Below, in pieces: positions 52,439 to 64,000 of a stretch of 64,000 nucleotides of DNA (positions are counted from its first letter, which is position 1; every line of letters begins with the position of its first letter). A program made the position numbers and the translations under genes. Origin of the DNA: Octopus vulgaris. Taxonomy: Eukaryota. Location: contig OX597829.1 in the NCBI GenBank assembly GCA_951406725.2, positions 49,228,001 through 49,292,000 on the forward strand, written 5' to 3'. Under the pieces are notes generated by a model. That model searched no databases. It was given only the letters and a program-made list of their open reading frames with translations, and was not told the DNA's origin.

Positions 52439-53866
52439 AAAGCCTTTTTAATGAGTATCACCAGATTACTTGAATATTGTGACTTAAATCCATACACACA
52501 CACTGTAAATATTCTGATATTTATATATAAATATATTCATATATATTTATAGGAATGGTGATGCAGACAGGGAAAACAGAACTCAAAATATGAGTATATG
52601 TATATTTTTATTAGTATTTTGTAAGAACAACAGAGTGACTGAAGGGCCAAAACTATTGCATATTTGGTAAGTACCAGCATACAAAACTCTAAGGCCTTGA
52701 GTCATTCTGTTGCTTCTGCTAAATATTAATATAAATATATATATATATGTCTATATAAATTTCTGTATAAATATACATACTTTGCAAAGATACATTTTCA
52801 TAAATTGCATTGATACACACACAGAATATATGTAATTCTTATGATTTGTTTTGTTATATACATGCATATCTGTATTTGTACATGCATACAGATAAATACA
52901 CTCATATATTTCTGAGGGATATAAACATACTTGTACAAAATTCACACAAGAAAAAATATGGAAACAATATTTTTGCCTGAATTTTTAGACATATATATAT
53001 ATGTGTGTGTGTGCATAAAGATTCTATAATAAAATATACAAGCATAGATTAATCATATATATGTATGTATCACACACACATATATATATACACACACATA
53101 CACACACATATGAAAAGCAAAAAGACATGCAGAGTGTTATAAGCATTCATGTATTAAAAGTCAATATCCACATGCTTATAAAATACATACATACACACAC
53201 ACACATGTATGTGTGTATGTATGTATGTATGCCGCTCAAACAAAAATAATATGAAAGCACAGTACAGTATCACAGTATACTACATACAATGGAAACATTT
53301 TTTTCTGTATATATATATACATACACAGACAATAAAAAAAGAAAAAAAAACTTAAAGATAACACGAACAATAATTCTGTGCAAAGAAAAGAATATTTTAA
53401 AATATATGAAATACAGGAAAAAAAATATACAAGAGTACAACATTTAACACAATATAATAAATATGTAGTAAAGTACAATGAAAAAGAAAAATACAAAAAA
53501 AACATGCAGGTGTAAAAAAATAAATATAAGAGAGTATACGTTCTCGTTTACAATATATAACATAACAATATCTAGCACATATGGTGTACATTTATTTATA
53601 ATTCAGTTAAATCTTACGTAGTTATCTCTAAGGTCTTCATGGAGGTAATCAATTCCTAAACAATTAGAAATGTAGGTTTTTGTTGTTTTTTTTTTTTGTG
53701 TCGTACTTGTAAATTCAAATAAATGTAAATACATATATTACATATATATCTACTTACTTACAAATGTAATAGAAGGTAATAGAGTATAATATAAAAATAA
53801 CAATATTTGTGTTTGAGAATTCCTGTAAAACAAAATTAAAATTGAATTTCATATTTATATATATAC

Positions 53867-53914
<48 letters not shown>

Positions 53915-53916
<2 letters not shown>

Positions 53917-54161
53917 ATAAATATTAGGGAATAAATCCAAATTTGCAGGGAAAAAATCAGATTTAGGATTAAATCCAATTTTATAGTAAAATATTATATA
54001 ATATTAATTAGAGACAAAACCACTATTTTGCAAAACAAACAAGGAAAGACTTAATCAATACATAAAATTTTAAAATTTTTGCTTTTTATTAAAATTTTAT
54101 GTATTGATTAAGTCTTTCCTTGTTTGTTTTGCAAAATAGTAGTTTTGTCTCTAATTAATAT

Positions 54162-54168
<7 letters not shown>
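53915..54168. mobile_element. Fold-back Penelope-type insertion in (TA)n
   Basis: Inverted arms about 53996-54070 and 54089-54168 plus a left extension. Same family as 55306-55620. Confidence 0.75.
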
Positions 54169-54219
<51 letters not shown>

Positions 54220-54759
54220 ACAAAATGACAGAATGCAAAAAAATCAATATGTGAAGTAAATTTATCATTCTTTAGAATTTGACAATGACTTCCAACTGCA
54301 TTAAATGTGTGTGTGTTTGCATATATATAGGAACATAAGCGCTCACATATGGTAAGTAAATCCTTTCGAAAAGGTTCCATCAATCTGTTTTCCAAAATTT
54401 TTTTTTAAATAGTTAATAACTTTGAAAAAATCTTTATATATTTATATATATATATAATATATATTCAACTATCTTTTCTTTCTCACTAGACTGCTGGTAG
54501 CGGAGAATTTTTTCTAGATTTTTTGCTACCCTTATATTTATTAATATATATATATATATAAGTAGGTGAATGAATTATCCTATGTTTATCGCCAGCATGG
54601 AAAATTCGTTTAACCGAAACCTGGGTAGCAAATTTACGTCAGAAAACACGGTTGAAGTGACCTGTCAAGGGTAGAAACTCCGGGTTCATGTGCAGAAATT
54701 TGTGTGTTGTATATGAATAAATGACTCCATTTATTCATTTATTCGAATTCCATTCTTTC

Positions 54760-54806
<47 letters not shown>

Positions 54807-55043
54807 AATAAGGATAAGATCATTAATTTACAAATAAAATAACGATTTTATCAAGTGGTCAGCATGGAAAAAATAACCTTCAAAGGTAATAATTATTAAA
54901 ATTATAAAATTAGGGTATCTACGAGATAACACCATGCTGAAAAAAGCAGCCATGATCTGACTCTAAAATCACCTTAATTGTCCATATTGCAAACACGGAG
55001 AGAAAACAAAGAGACAAGATGAAACTAGTAAAAAATTACTGGA

Positions 55044-55089
<46 letters not shown>

Positions 55090-55264
55090 AGAAATGAAAC
55101 TCGTCAATAAGACATTTTAACAGAAAAGTATGGATATGTATAGATGGATATGTATATGTTAACAAGGGGAAAAAATACACTCATCTATATATATATATAT
55201 GTACGTATGTATATGTATGTACATATATATACATATATGAATAAACATATATATACATATACAT

Positions 55265-55305
<41 letters not shown>

Positions 55306-55318
<13 letters not shown>

Positions 55319-55617
55319 TTCGAGACAAAACCACTATTTTGCAAATCAAACAAGGAAATTAAAACTGAATAGAAGATCGGAAATCCACCTGACGAATGTC
55401 ATTTGAAGACATGAAACAATTGTAGTGGCGATTTATTTACTTTATATTAAAATTTTTTATGTATTGATTAAGTCTTTCCTTTATGTATTGATTAAGTTTG
55501 ATTTGCAAAATAGTGGTTTTGTCTCGAATTAATATTATATAATATTTTACTATAAAATTGGATTTAATCCTAAATCTGATTTTTTCCCTGTAATTTTGGA
55601 TTTATTCCCTAATATTT

Positions 55618-55620
<3 letters not shown>
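55306..55620. mobile_element. Fold-back Penelope-type insertion in (TA)n, containing a hammerhead
   Basis: Arms ATATTAATTCGAGACAAAACCACTATTTTGCAAATCAAAC and its reverse complement, plus a right extension. Confidence 0.75.
55385..55428 (+). ncRNA. Canonical minimal type-I hammerhead ribozyme motif
   Basis: ccac-CTGACGA-atgtc-atttgaa-gacat-GAAAC-AATT-GTA-gtgg. All stems pair, palindromic stem III, predicted cleavage after 55424. Confidence 0.8.
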
Positions 55621-55664
<44 letters not shown>

Positions 55665-56424
55665 ATATATATATAAGCTTTGTTAACTTATATAAGTCAG
55701 AGTTTATGATTATATTGATTTCTAGCTTTGTTACAAGAAATTCCAGACAGAGTCAAAGGTAAACCTGATACTCATTCATGGTTTTAAGAAAGTATTCAAA
55801 ATAATTGTTTAAAAAGTTTGACTTCGTATGTAAGCGATGCTTCACAAGTGATCTTTCACATTAAAATTTCAGCTTGATTAAGTGCAAAAATCAATAAAGC
55901 CAAGGAATTAATATTATTGTAGCTACATAATTAAAGTTTCTTAATCTGAAATTTGGTTTTATATTTAAGATATCTTCATTGGCATATTTATTCTAAAATG
56001 AAAATGAATAGAGTGAAAGCAATAATTAATTAATGTTTAAACGTGGTGATTAACACAAGCAAAATCCAAAGTTGATTATATGAAATGATGAAAGGGTTAA
56101 TTGATTTAAGAGAATTAGTAAAGAAATTAAATTAGTTTGTTAAATGAGTTTCTATTTATGGGGAAAATAGATAGAAAAGTATGCAAACAATAATTATTAA
56201 TACGTAATTGACAGCATATTTCGATATATTTCCTTAATACATCAAAGGCAGGAAATAGGTGAATTAACCTACATATTTATTTGGAAAGACAATTGAAAAT
56301 GAATTTAATTTTAATAACATTTTAAGTCCCTAAAAATCCTTGTAGATGACACAGGGTTAAAATTCTCTGATAATTCCTTTCTTGGAAGAGATTTACTACA
56401 AATATAAAATCAGTACAGATCTCT

Positions 56425-56642
56425 TTAACCCCTTTAGTATTTAAACCGGCCATATCCGGCCAAAATAGCTAATCTGTTTTATGTTCAAACTGACCAGATC
56501 CAGGCTCTCACACCTACCCCACAATGTTATTCTACATTAAGTAATTACACCATCAAGATCTTGAAGATATGAGATAATGCATGATTAATTCAAATCAATA
56601 GGCATTATGTTTGATGGAATAATCTGAACACTAAAGGGTTAA
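56425..56642. mobile_element. TTAA-flanked MITE (piggyBac-type ends)
   Basis: TTAA-CCCCTTTAG...CTAAAGGG-TTAA. Confidence 0.75.
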
Positions 56643-57177
56643 TATATCTTGCCTTGCCTACAGAATGGCAAATCTATGCAATTAAATCTCATGGTTAATC
56701 TCAATACAAAGGAAAATATATATCTATAGTCTCATTTTGTTAATCTTAAGTATATCTCATTGTCTCATCAAAGAAATATGCAGAATCAGTTGATAGAATT
56801 CACAGACTGGGTTTTGAAAAGATGTACAGCTTTGACAGTTGTAGCAGAGTGAGAAATATCGATTCTCTTCTCTTACAATGGTCCACTTCCAATATACGTT
56901 TGATAAGCAACCAAATGAGATAAGATAACAAAATGATTAGAGCCACAACGTATTTCCTCCTAATCCTGCATCCTGACCATTCTCACAGAGGGATTACATC
57001 AATATCTAATACCAAAATATTTATAGAAATGTATTTGAATAACAGATAAGTTTAATTTATTCATTAACCCTTTTTATACCAACCTACCTGAAATTGCTTT
57101 TGGGTTTTATTATACAAACTTTCTGGTTTAAAATGATCTAGATTAAGACCTTCCATCAAAATTTTATGTTATGCTCC

Positions 57178-57410
57178 AATCTCAATCGAAGGAGAGGGGC
57201 TTTCTCCGTCCGGGTAGCGGATCCGTGGAATAAGCTGCCAGACGAGATGGTGAAGATGCCGACGACCGCTCGGTTTAAAGTCTCCCTTGACCACAAGTGG
57301 CCTGAACTCTTTACATGAACACCACCCTGTACATAACTCCATGTCCCCCTACATGGCCTTGCCTTTTTGCTTTTTGAGCCAAAAAATTAACTAACTAACT
57401 AACTAACTAA
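57178..57410 (+). mobile_element. Young CR1-like LINE 3' end with (CTAA)n tail, inserted in a MITE
   Basis: NLNRRRGAFSVRVADPWNKLPDEMVKMPTTARFKVSLDHKWPELFT* (FS.RV..WN.LP motif). CpG-rich. Confidence 0.85.
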
Positions 57411-58736
57411 TCACCAGCTCAACAATGATACAATTATTTTACCAGATTTTTTCATTTCTCAAAATAAATTGAAACAAGTAGATTTCGTTTTAGGATTTGG
57501 TTTGCAAGATTCTTTATATGAGTTTGTGTGTTGAAGCATATTCTGTTGTGTCTGGGGAGAGTCATTTTCTTTTTGTGCCTTATAATGTAACACACTAACA
57601 AGCACTGGAGCACTGCTTTAAAAGGGTTTAGTTTATTCAATCAAATTAACTGCAGAACTTATCTTCAGTGTCTTACTTATTTTACCAATCTTGTTGCTGA
57701 ACTGCCAACTTACCAGGACATAAACAAACCATCACTGGTTATCAAACAATCATAGACACATGCAGCTAGTCACACACACACACACAAACACACACATACA
57801 GGCATAATGCACACACATACAATGGACTTTTATATACTGTTTCTCATGGTCCAATATTCACTCATAAGGTATCTGTTAATGCAGAACCACAGAAGGTGCT
57901 GAGCTGTGGAATCGAACCTGAAACTCAGTGGTTGTCAAACAAAACTCTTAACTATACCTGCATCTGTTATATTTTCTTACATAACAGCCAGACAAATTAT
58001 AACATTACATCAAGTGACTCGCAGTTTGCTAACGGATCGATAACTAAGAGAGTTGATATCATATTTCACCAACCAACATCACAACGACCGACAACTTCAA
58101 ATGGAAAACCAAACTAATTTCTCCAGGAAATATCAGATTTGCTAACAGTCTGCATAATATTGATTTCTAATAGAAGCACATATTTAGTGATGGGGGGGGA
58201 GTATGGGGAGTCACTGTAAAGATTGTTGTCATGTTTACATCTGTTTTGCCATGGTGGCATGAGTTAGATGAAACTTAATGAAACAAATTTTCTACAGCTA
58301 CATGATGCTCTTCTGTCACCAACCCTTACAGGATTTCCAAGCCAGGTATATTCATTTCATTAGTTTTAATCATCAATGGACAAAGAAAAAAAACCTAGCT
58401 AAATCTATAGGATTTTTGCTAACTGGAGATTGTAAATACAGATTTTTTTTTGTAGCTGTGGTATTGTTAATGAAATGTAGAAATGATATCCATACACATA
58501 TGTACACAGACATACACCAACAAAAGACTTCCTTGCAGCTTCTACTAATCTTTTCCATTCAACATGAAACTGTAGTAGAAGACACTTGCTCAAGGTGTCA
58601 CACATTAGTGCTGAATACGAAACATGGCAGTGAAACATGTGTCTTAACCATACAACCATGCCAACACCTATTGATTTAATCAATCCATTGATCTCCTATC
58701 GGTTACTTGACTGGTGCTTGTTATATAAACCCTGGA

Positions 58737-58966
58737 TTAACCCTTTCGTTACTGTATTTCTATTGAGATGCTCTGTGTTGCTTTCAATTACTTTTAAATA
58801 TAACAAAGAATTTAGTAAAATAACTTAGTTATCATTAAGCTAGTGTTAGGAACATAGATTGTGACTAGGGTTTGGTGGAAGATTTTAATTCAAAACTTAT
58901 GAAAACAAGATATTTGTACTACAGAGCCAGAGCCGGTTTCAGCCGGGTTGGTAACGAAAGGGTTGA
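58737..58966. mobile_element. piggyBac-type MITE nested in a family B SINE
   Basis: TIR CCCTTTCGTTAC / GTAACGAAAGGG, flanks TTAA/TTGA. Family B sequence resumes on both sides. Confidence 0.8.
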
Positions 58967-59114
58967 TGAAAGGCAAAGTTGACTTTGGTGAGATTCGAAC
59001 TCTGAAAACATAGTCATAACCATTTTTTTTTTTTTATCTCAGAACCCCTTTTGTTTACCATTTTATTCTGGAGAAACCCCATAGCCATTCAACATTTAAA
59101 ACCTACATTTCGTC

Positions 59115-59311
59115 TGGCACCTGTGTCGGTGGCATGTAAAAAGCACCCACTACACTCATGGAGTGGTTGGCATTAGGAAGGGCATCCAGCTGTAGAAACA
59201 CTGCCAGATCTGACTGGCCTGGTGCAGCCTTCGGGCTCCCCAGACCCCAGTTGAACCGTCCAACCCATGCTAGCATGGAAAACGGACGTTAAACGATGAT
59301 GATGATGATGA
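59115..59311 (+). mobile_element. Family C RTE-type LINE 3' end
   Basis: Similarity to family C and a GAT tail. Confidence 0.8.
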
Positions 59312-59445
59312 TTTCGAGATATTTTTAAAATTCCCAATTTGTTATTTATTCATTCATTCATATTGGTTGAACTATGAAAAATGTTAGAAAAAAAAGACTA
59401 GTTGTTTCTTGCAATACATCAAAGTACCTTGGATTTCACACTCCC

Positions 59446-59916
59446 CTGGCACCTGTGCAGGTGGCACGTAAAAAGCATCCACTACACTCGTAGAGTGGTT
59501 GGCGTTAGGAAGGGCATCTAGCTGTAGAAACACTGACAGATCAGACTGGAGCCTGGTGCAGCCCCCTGGCTTCCCAGACCCCGGTCGAACCGTCCAACCC
59601 ATGCCAGCATGGAAAACAGACATTAAACGATGATGAAGGCGTTAGGAAGGGCATCCAGCTGTAGAAACACTGCCAGATCAGACTGGAGCCTGGTGCAGCC
59701 TTCTGGCTTCCCAAACCCCGGTTGAACCGTCCAACCCATGCTAGCGCGGAAAACGGACGTTAAACGATGATGAAGGCGTTAGGAAGGGCATCCAGCTGTA
59801 GAAACACTGCCAGATCAGACTGGAGCCTGGTGCAGCCTCCTGGCTTCCCAGACCCCGGTCGAACCGTCCAACCCGTGCTAGCGCTGAAAACAAATGTTAA
59901 ACGATGATGATGATGA
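59446..59916 (+). mobile_element. Family C 3' end in three tandem 137-bp units
   Basis: Units start at 59501, 59638 and 59775. Confidence 0.85.
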
Positions 59917-60120
59917 TACATTTAGATTAAACATTTCCATAGACCCTTAAAATACTACTTCTCAAAGGGATCCGTAAGTAAAAACTGAGAACCACTGCAC
60001 TAGAGTGAAAGGAATTTGAAAGATAATTAGATCAGGTGGAATCAGTGAGGGGAATTGATGGAAAGGAAATAGGAGGAGGTAAGAGAGGAGGAGGTCATAA
60101 GGGACAGTAGTAGGGATACA

Positions 60121-60505
60121 TGGAGGTGCAATGGCCCAGTGGTTAGGGCAGCGGACTCGCGGTCATAGGGTCACGGTTTCGATTCCCAGACCGGGCGTTG
60201 TGAGTGTTTATTGAGCGAAAACACCTAAAAGCTCCATGAGGCTCCGGCAGGGGATGGTGGTGATCCCTGCTGTACTCTTTCACGACAACTTTCTCTCACT
60301 CTTACTTCCTGTTTCTGTTGTACCTGTATTTCAAAGGGCCGGCCTTGTCACTCTCTGTGTCACGCTGAATATCCCCGAGAACTACATTAAGGGTACACGT
60401 GTCTGTGGAGTGCTCAGCCACTTACACGTTAATTTCATGAGCAGGCTATTCCGTTGATTCGGATCAACCGGAACCCTCGTCGTCGTAACCGACGGAGTGC
60501 TTCCC
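60121..60505 (+). mobile_element. tRNA-Arg-like SINE (family D), full length with TSD
   Basis: Same as 14142-14516. TSD AGTAGGGATACA at 60109-60120 and 60506-60517. Confidence 0.85.
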
Positions 60506-61807
60506 AGTAGGGATACAATGTGAAGTGTGTGGTATAAGTGGCATCATTTACGGCCTTCAGTTCTTAGTGAATAGTAATCTTTCTTTCCAAATTCTTTGGA
60601 AATGGTCTGTTCTTTCCTATGCCGAAACCAAGGTGGTTTCTTTCAGGAGAGAGAGAGAGAGTGGGGAGAGATTCTATCCTAGAACAGAAGAAAAGAATGA
60701 GTACTTCAGTTATTCCAAGATTCTGCAAGAATGGAAAACAAAGATGACTTCTGCAAAAACTGGATTCAGAGCACAAAGATCTGGAATGAATACCACATGG
60801 TACTGTGTTTCATGTTGTAATAACACTGCTAAATTGCCACCTATAATGCATGTATGTGTGTATACATACATATATTCATACATTCGTACATATATATATA
60901 CATCCAAACAAACACAAACATACATACATACATACATACATGGATGAATGAATACATACAAATATACATGCACACATATGTACATACTTATGTACGTATA
61001 AACATGCACTCACACATACATACAGGCATGCATACGTACATAAACACATACATGCATACATATATACATACGTACATACATCCATCCATCCATCCATCCA
61101 TCCATCCATACATCCATACATCCATACATACATACATACATACATACATACATACATACATACATGTATACATATGTTCGTGCAGACATCTATCCAACCA
61201 AACATTCATCCATAAACACATAAACTCATTCGTCCACCCACACATCAATCAATTACCAAATGTTCATATTATTTATATATTTCAGTCATTTATATCATTC
61301 GTTTTAGAGGTCAGGATCATCCCATAATTGATTGATTTCTTCTGATTAATATTGTCATTAGCTCCACATTTGAACTTTTGACTCCACTCCATGGTTTCAA
61401 GTAAACACAGGCACACACATACAGAGAGAGAGAGAGAGAGAGAGAGAATGATAAATAGATATATACAGTTATCCTATAGTTTCCATGGTTGATTGGTTCC
61501 AGAAGTGACCAACAAAAATGAAAACATGTAAAATGAGAAAGATATGTTTCTAAAATATCTGTTATTAATGAAAAGAAAAAAAAGCGAAATTTGAACATTT
61601 ATTGAAATATATAAATTATACTGCATGAATATATTAATATTTATCATATGATATATATATATATATATATATATAGGGAGAGAGAGAGAGAGTAAAGGTA
61701 ATAAACCTTATTAAGGGATCATAAATCCAATGAAAATGCTGGTTAGCTACCAATCTATAAAGATCAACTGTAAGGTAACCATATAAACTGTGGTTCCTAT
61801 ATTTATA

Positions 61808-61895
61808 TATTTAAAGAATAAGGAGAAAATGGAGAGGTAATTAATAAAATTATTTATTAATTACCCATTCATTTTCTCTTTACTCTTTAAAAATA
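61808..61895. repeat. Degenerate fold-back inverted repeat
   Basis: TTTAAAGAATAAGGAGAAAATGG..GGTAATTAATAAA / TTTATTAATTACC..CATTTTCTCTTTACTCTTTAAA. Confidence 0.55.
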
Positions 61896-62135
61896 CATAC
61901 ACACATACATACATACACACACATACATTATGCGTATATATATATATACACACACACATTATGCATTGTTATAAATCCGTCTAATAAAGGCCTGAAACAT
62001 ATGTACCGCTGAATCCTTGGCATCATGTTTTTATTTTGATACATACATACACCACCTACATACATACATACACATACATACACACATATATACATACACA
62101 CACACATTTATGTATACACACACACACATACATAC

Positions 62136-62166
<31 letters not shown>

Positions 62167-62964
62167 TACATACACATATATAACAGTCCTCCACATACCA
62201 ACATGGTGGCACACTGGGCTGATTTAACATGCTCATTTTATCTAAGTTGCTGAAGGACCCATTACTCAGACAAATACTGGAGTATGTCCTCATAAATGAA
62301 GCATCCCTCGTACTAAATAAGAAATACACATAGAAGGCACTGATACTCTCATAGCCATAATATATATACGTACTTAAGTAAATTTGTTAGTAGGCTGTTA
62401 TGTAGGGATATATATATATATATATACCAGAGTAAGCACATAAGTGTGAATCAAGGTGGAAGAAATAGTATTCAAATATCGAGGTAGAGTATATAGGTAG
62501 ATAAAAGTAAACAGACAGATATATAAGTGAGTAGACAGATAGGTACATAGGTAATATGGACAGACAAGCACACACACACACAAAAGGAGATGGAAGCACA
62601 TGCCCATGCACACACACACACATACATACATAGACGCATGTACATAGTCACACAAACCCATACACATAGACACACTCGAACAAGCATATACAAGAAGGCA
62701 GAGGGAGAGACACAAATACACACACACTTACACACAAGCACATGAATATGCATTCATACATACATATATGCATACACAAGCACACGTGCATGCTAGCACA
62801 CACACACAAGTGCACAAACAGACAAAGAAGAACGCAGCTCCAATAACGAACAGATTCAACGTCTATTGACAAAGTTGCAAAAGCAACGAAAATTTTAGAA
62901 GACAAAAAATATAAATAATAAATGAATGGAAATGGAACCAGTGAGTGTGTTAGATTATAAGATA

Positions 62965-63364
62965 CTAGCAGTATCGCCCGGCGTTGCTCGGGTTTGTAAG
63001 GGAAATAACTATATAAGCATTTTTAGAGATGTAAAGTATAATAGCCATCTCAATATGGCTAACCACAAAGGGGGGGGGGGGTGTTACTGTAGCTTTTTAC
63101 GTGAGATTTAATGATAAATTTTTAGAGAGTTACTTCCCTTATATATGCCAAAAATGCATTAAAAATGGGAAAAATTGATGGTAAATGTTTTTTAAAATCA
63201 TAGACTCATCGTAGACACACGCTAATACCCAGAATGGCTCGATATGAATCACGACTATAAGATACTATAAGATAAGGTTAAACTGCACCGCAAAATGTGG
63301 GAGTAGTTAGGAATCTAAATCGTAGGAAACAGACAGCACACAACCTCACTTTTATATATAAAGA
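62965..63364 (-). mobile_element. Non-autonomous Helitron
   Basis: Reverse-complement copy of 36457-36851, with TC..hairpin..CTAG inserted between A and T. Confidence 0.85.
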
Positions 63365-63390
63365 TTAAGACAATATGACTCTCCCCAGAC

Positions 63391-64000
63391 ATGTTTTGCA
63401 AACAACTTGCACATGCAAGTGCTACTACTCGAAAGCTCTGCATACAAGAAGCCAGTAAGTATATGGGGTCATCAAGAGAGAATGCATGCCATTTCGGGGC
63501 CTATCTCTTGATGGCACCATTGCGCACAAACCCCTACCTCACTGAAATGAGACTCCACTTGCTAGATCAATTGGAATACAGATATAACTCAATAGTCTTC
63601 TAGCCATCACTCATTGTCTCTTTTTTAACCAAATCTATTGGCTAGCCTTTTCCACTGTAGCTTGGATATCGCTCATGGTGGTATTTGCTTTATGACGAGC
63701 TAGTCCTAACAAGAACAACAGTTGCCTCACGCTGTGTCTAATGAATCCTCTCCAGACAAATTCAGTTGGAAAATGCTCTGCTTTTCGTCCTGCATCTTCA
63801 CATTCCTTAACGAGGTTTATATAATGGTAAAGCTTTTGAGTCTGAGTGGCTTCTGTGTTACCTTCACGAGGAACCGTTAACTCGACTAGATTTACCACTT
63901 TCTCCCTTTTGCACCACATTATGTCTGTTTTCTTTGCAACTGAGATGGGAAAGAATCCTTGGCACTCTGGCAAATCTGCAGCCACCTCCCAATAGCCGTT
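63391..64000 (-). mobile_element. RLE-encoding non-LTR retrotransposon (HERO-like) 3' portion
   Basis: DIMWCKREKVVNLVELTVPREGN..QKLYHYINLVKECEDAGRKAEHFPTEFVWRGF matches a decayed PD..ELTVP.E...K..Y..L....G....P.E...RGF endonuclease pattern. Confidence 0.8.

Noticed and set aside
54645-54692. Hammerhead-like TTGAAGT...GAAACTCCGGGTT
   Set aside because: The core box has non-compensated changes and stem I pairs poorly; at best a decayed remnant.
60121-60195. Possible tRNA-Arg gene (also near 14440-14515 and 50490-50560)
   Set aside because: It continues into a conserved SINE body with TSDs and has no proper acceptor stem or terminator, so it is a SINE head.

Overview
AT-rich, repeat-saturated eukaryotic intronic or intergenic DNA. 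The repeat spectrum (tRNA-derived SINEs, a mollusc-type 5S copy, very dense TA/TG/GATA/GAT microsatellites) points to an octopus or another coleoid cephalopod; this is inferred, not verified. No confident host protein-coding gene is present. Nearly all ORFs in the track are translations of microsatellites or SINEs. Contents: (A) about 20 copies of a tRNA-headed SINE with an internal microsatellite; (B) a Meta-domain-like SINE; (C) many (GAT)n-tailed 3' ends of an RTE-type LINE; (D) tRNA-Arg-like SINEs with TSDs; fragments of RTE, CR1-like, R4/Dong and HERO-like LINEs; two non-autonomous Helitrons; and TTAA-flanked piggyBac-type MITEs. The most interesting layer is a population of short fold-back (inverted-repeat plus one-sided extension) insertions typical of Penelope-like elements. 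They sit mostly in (TA)n tracts, and about 15 type-I hammerhead-ribozyme-like motifs lie in or near such remnants. Several motifs are intact, and two have apparent compensatory swaps of the catalytic C3-G8 pair (G3-C8, A3-U8). One family joins a Pol III tRNA-like head to a hammerhead-like tail and shows Penelope-type insertion geometry. There is also a full-length 5S rRNA-SINE chimera flanked by one apparent TSD. Coordinates were read by eye and boundaries of degenerate copies are approximate.
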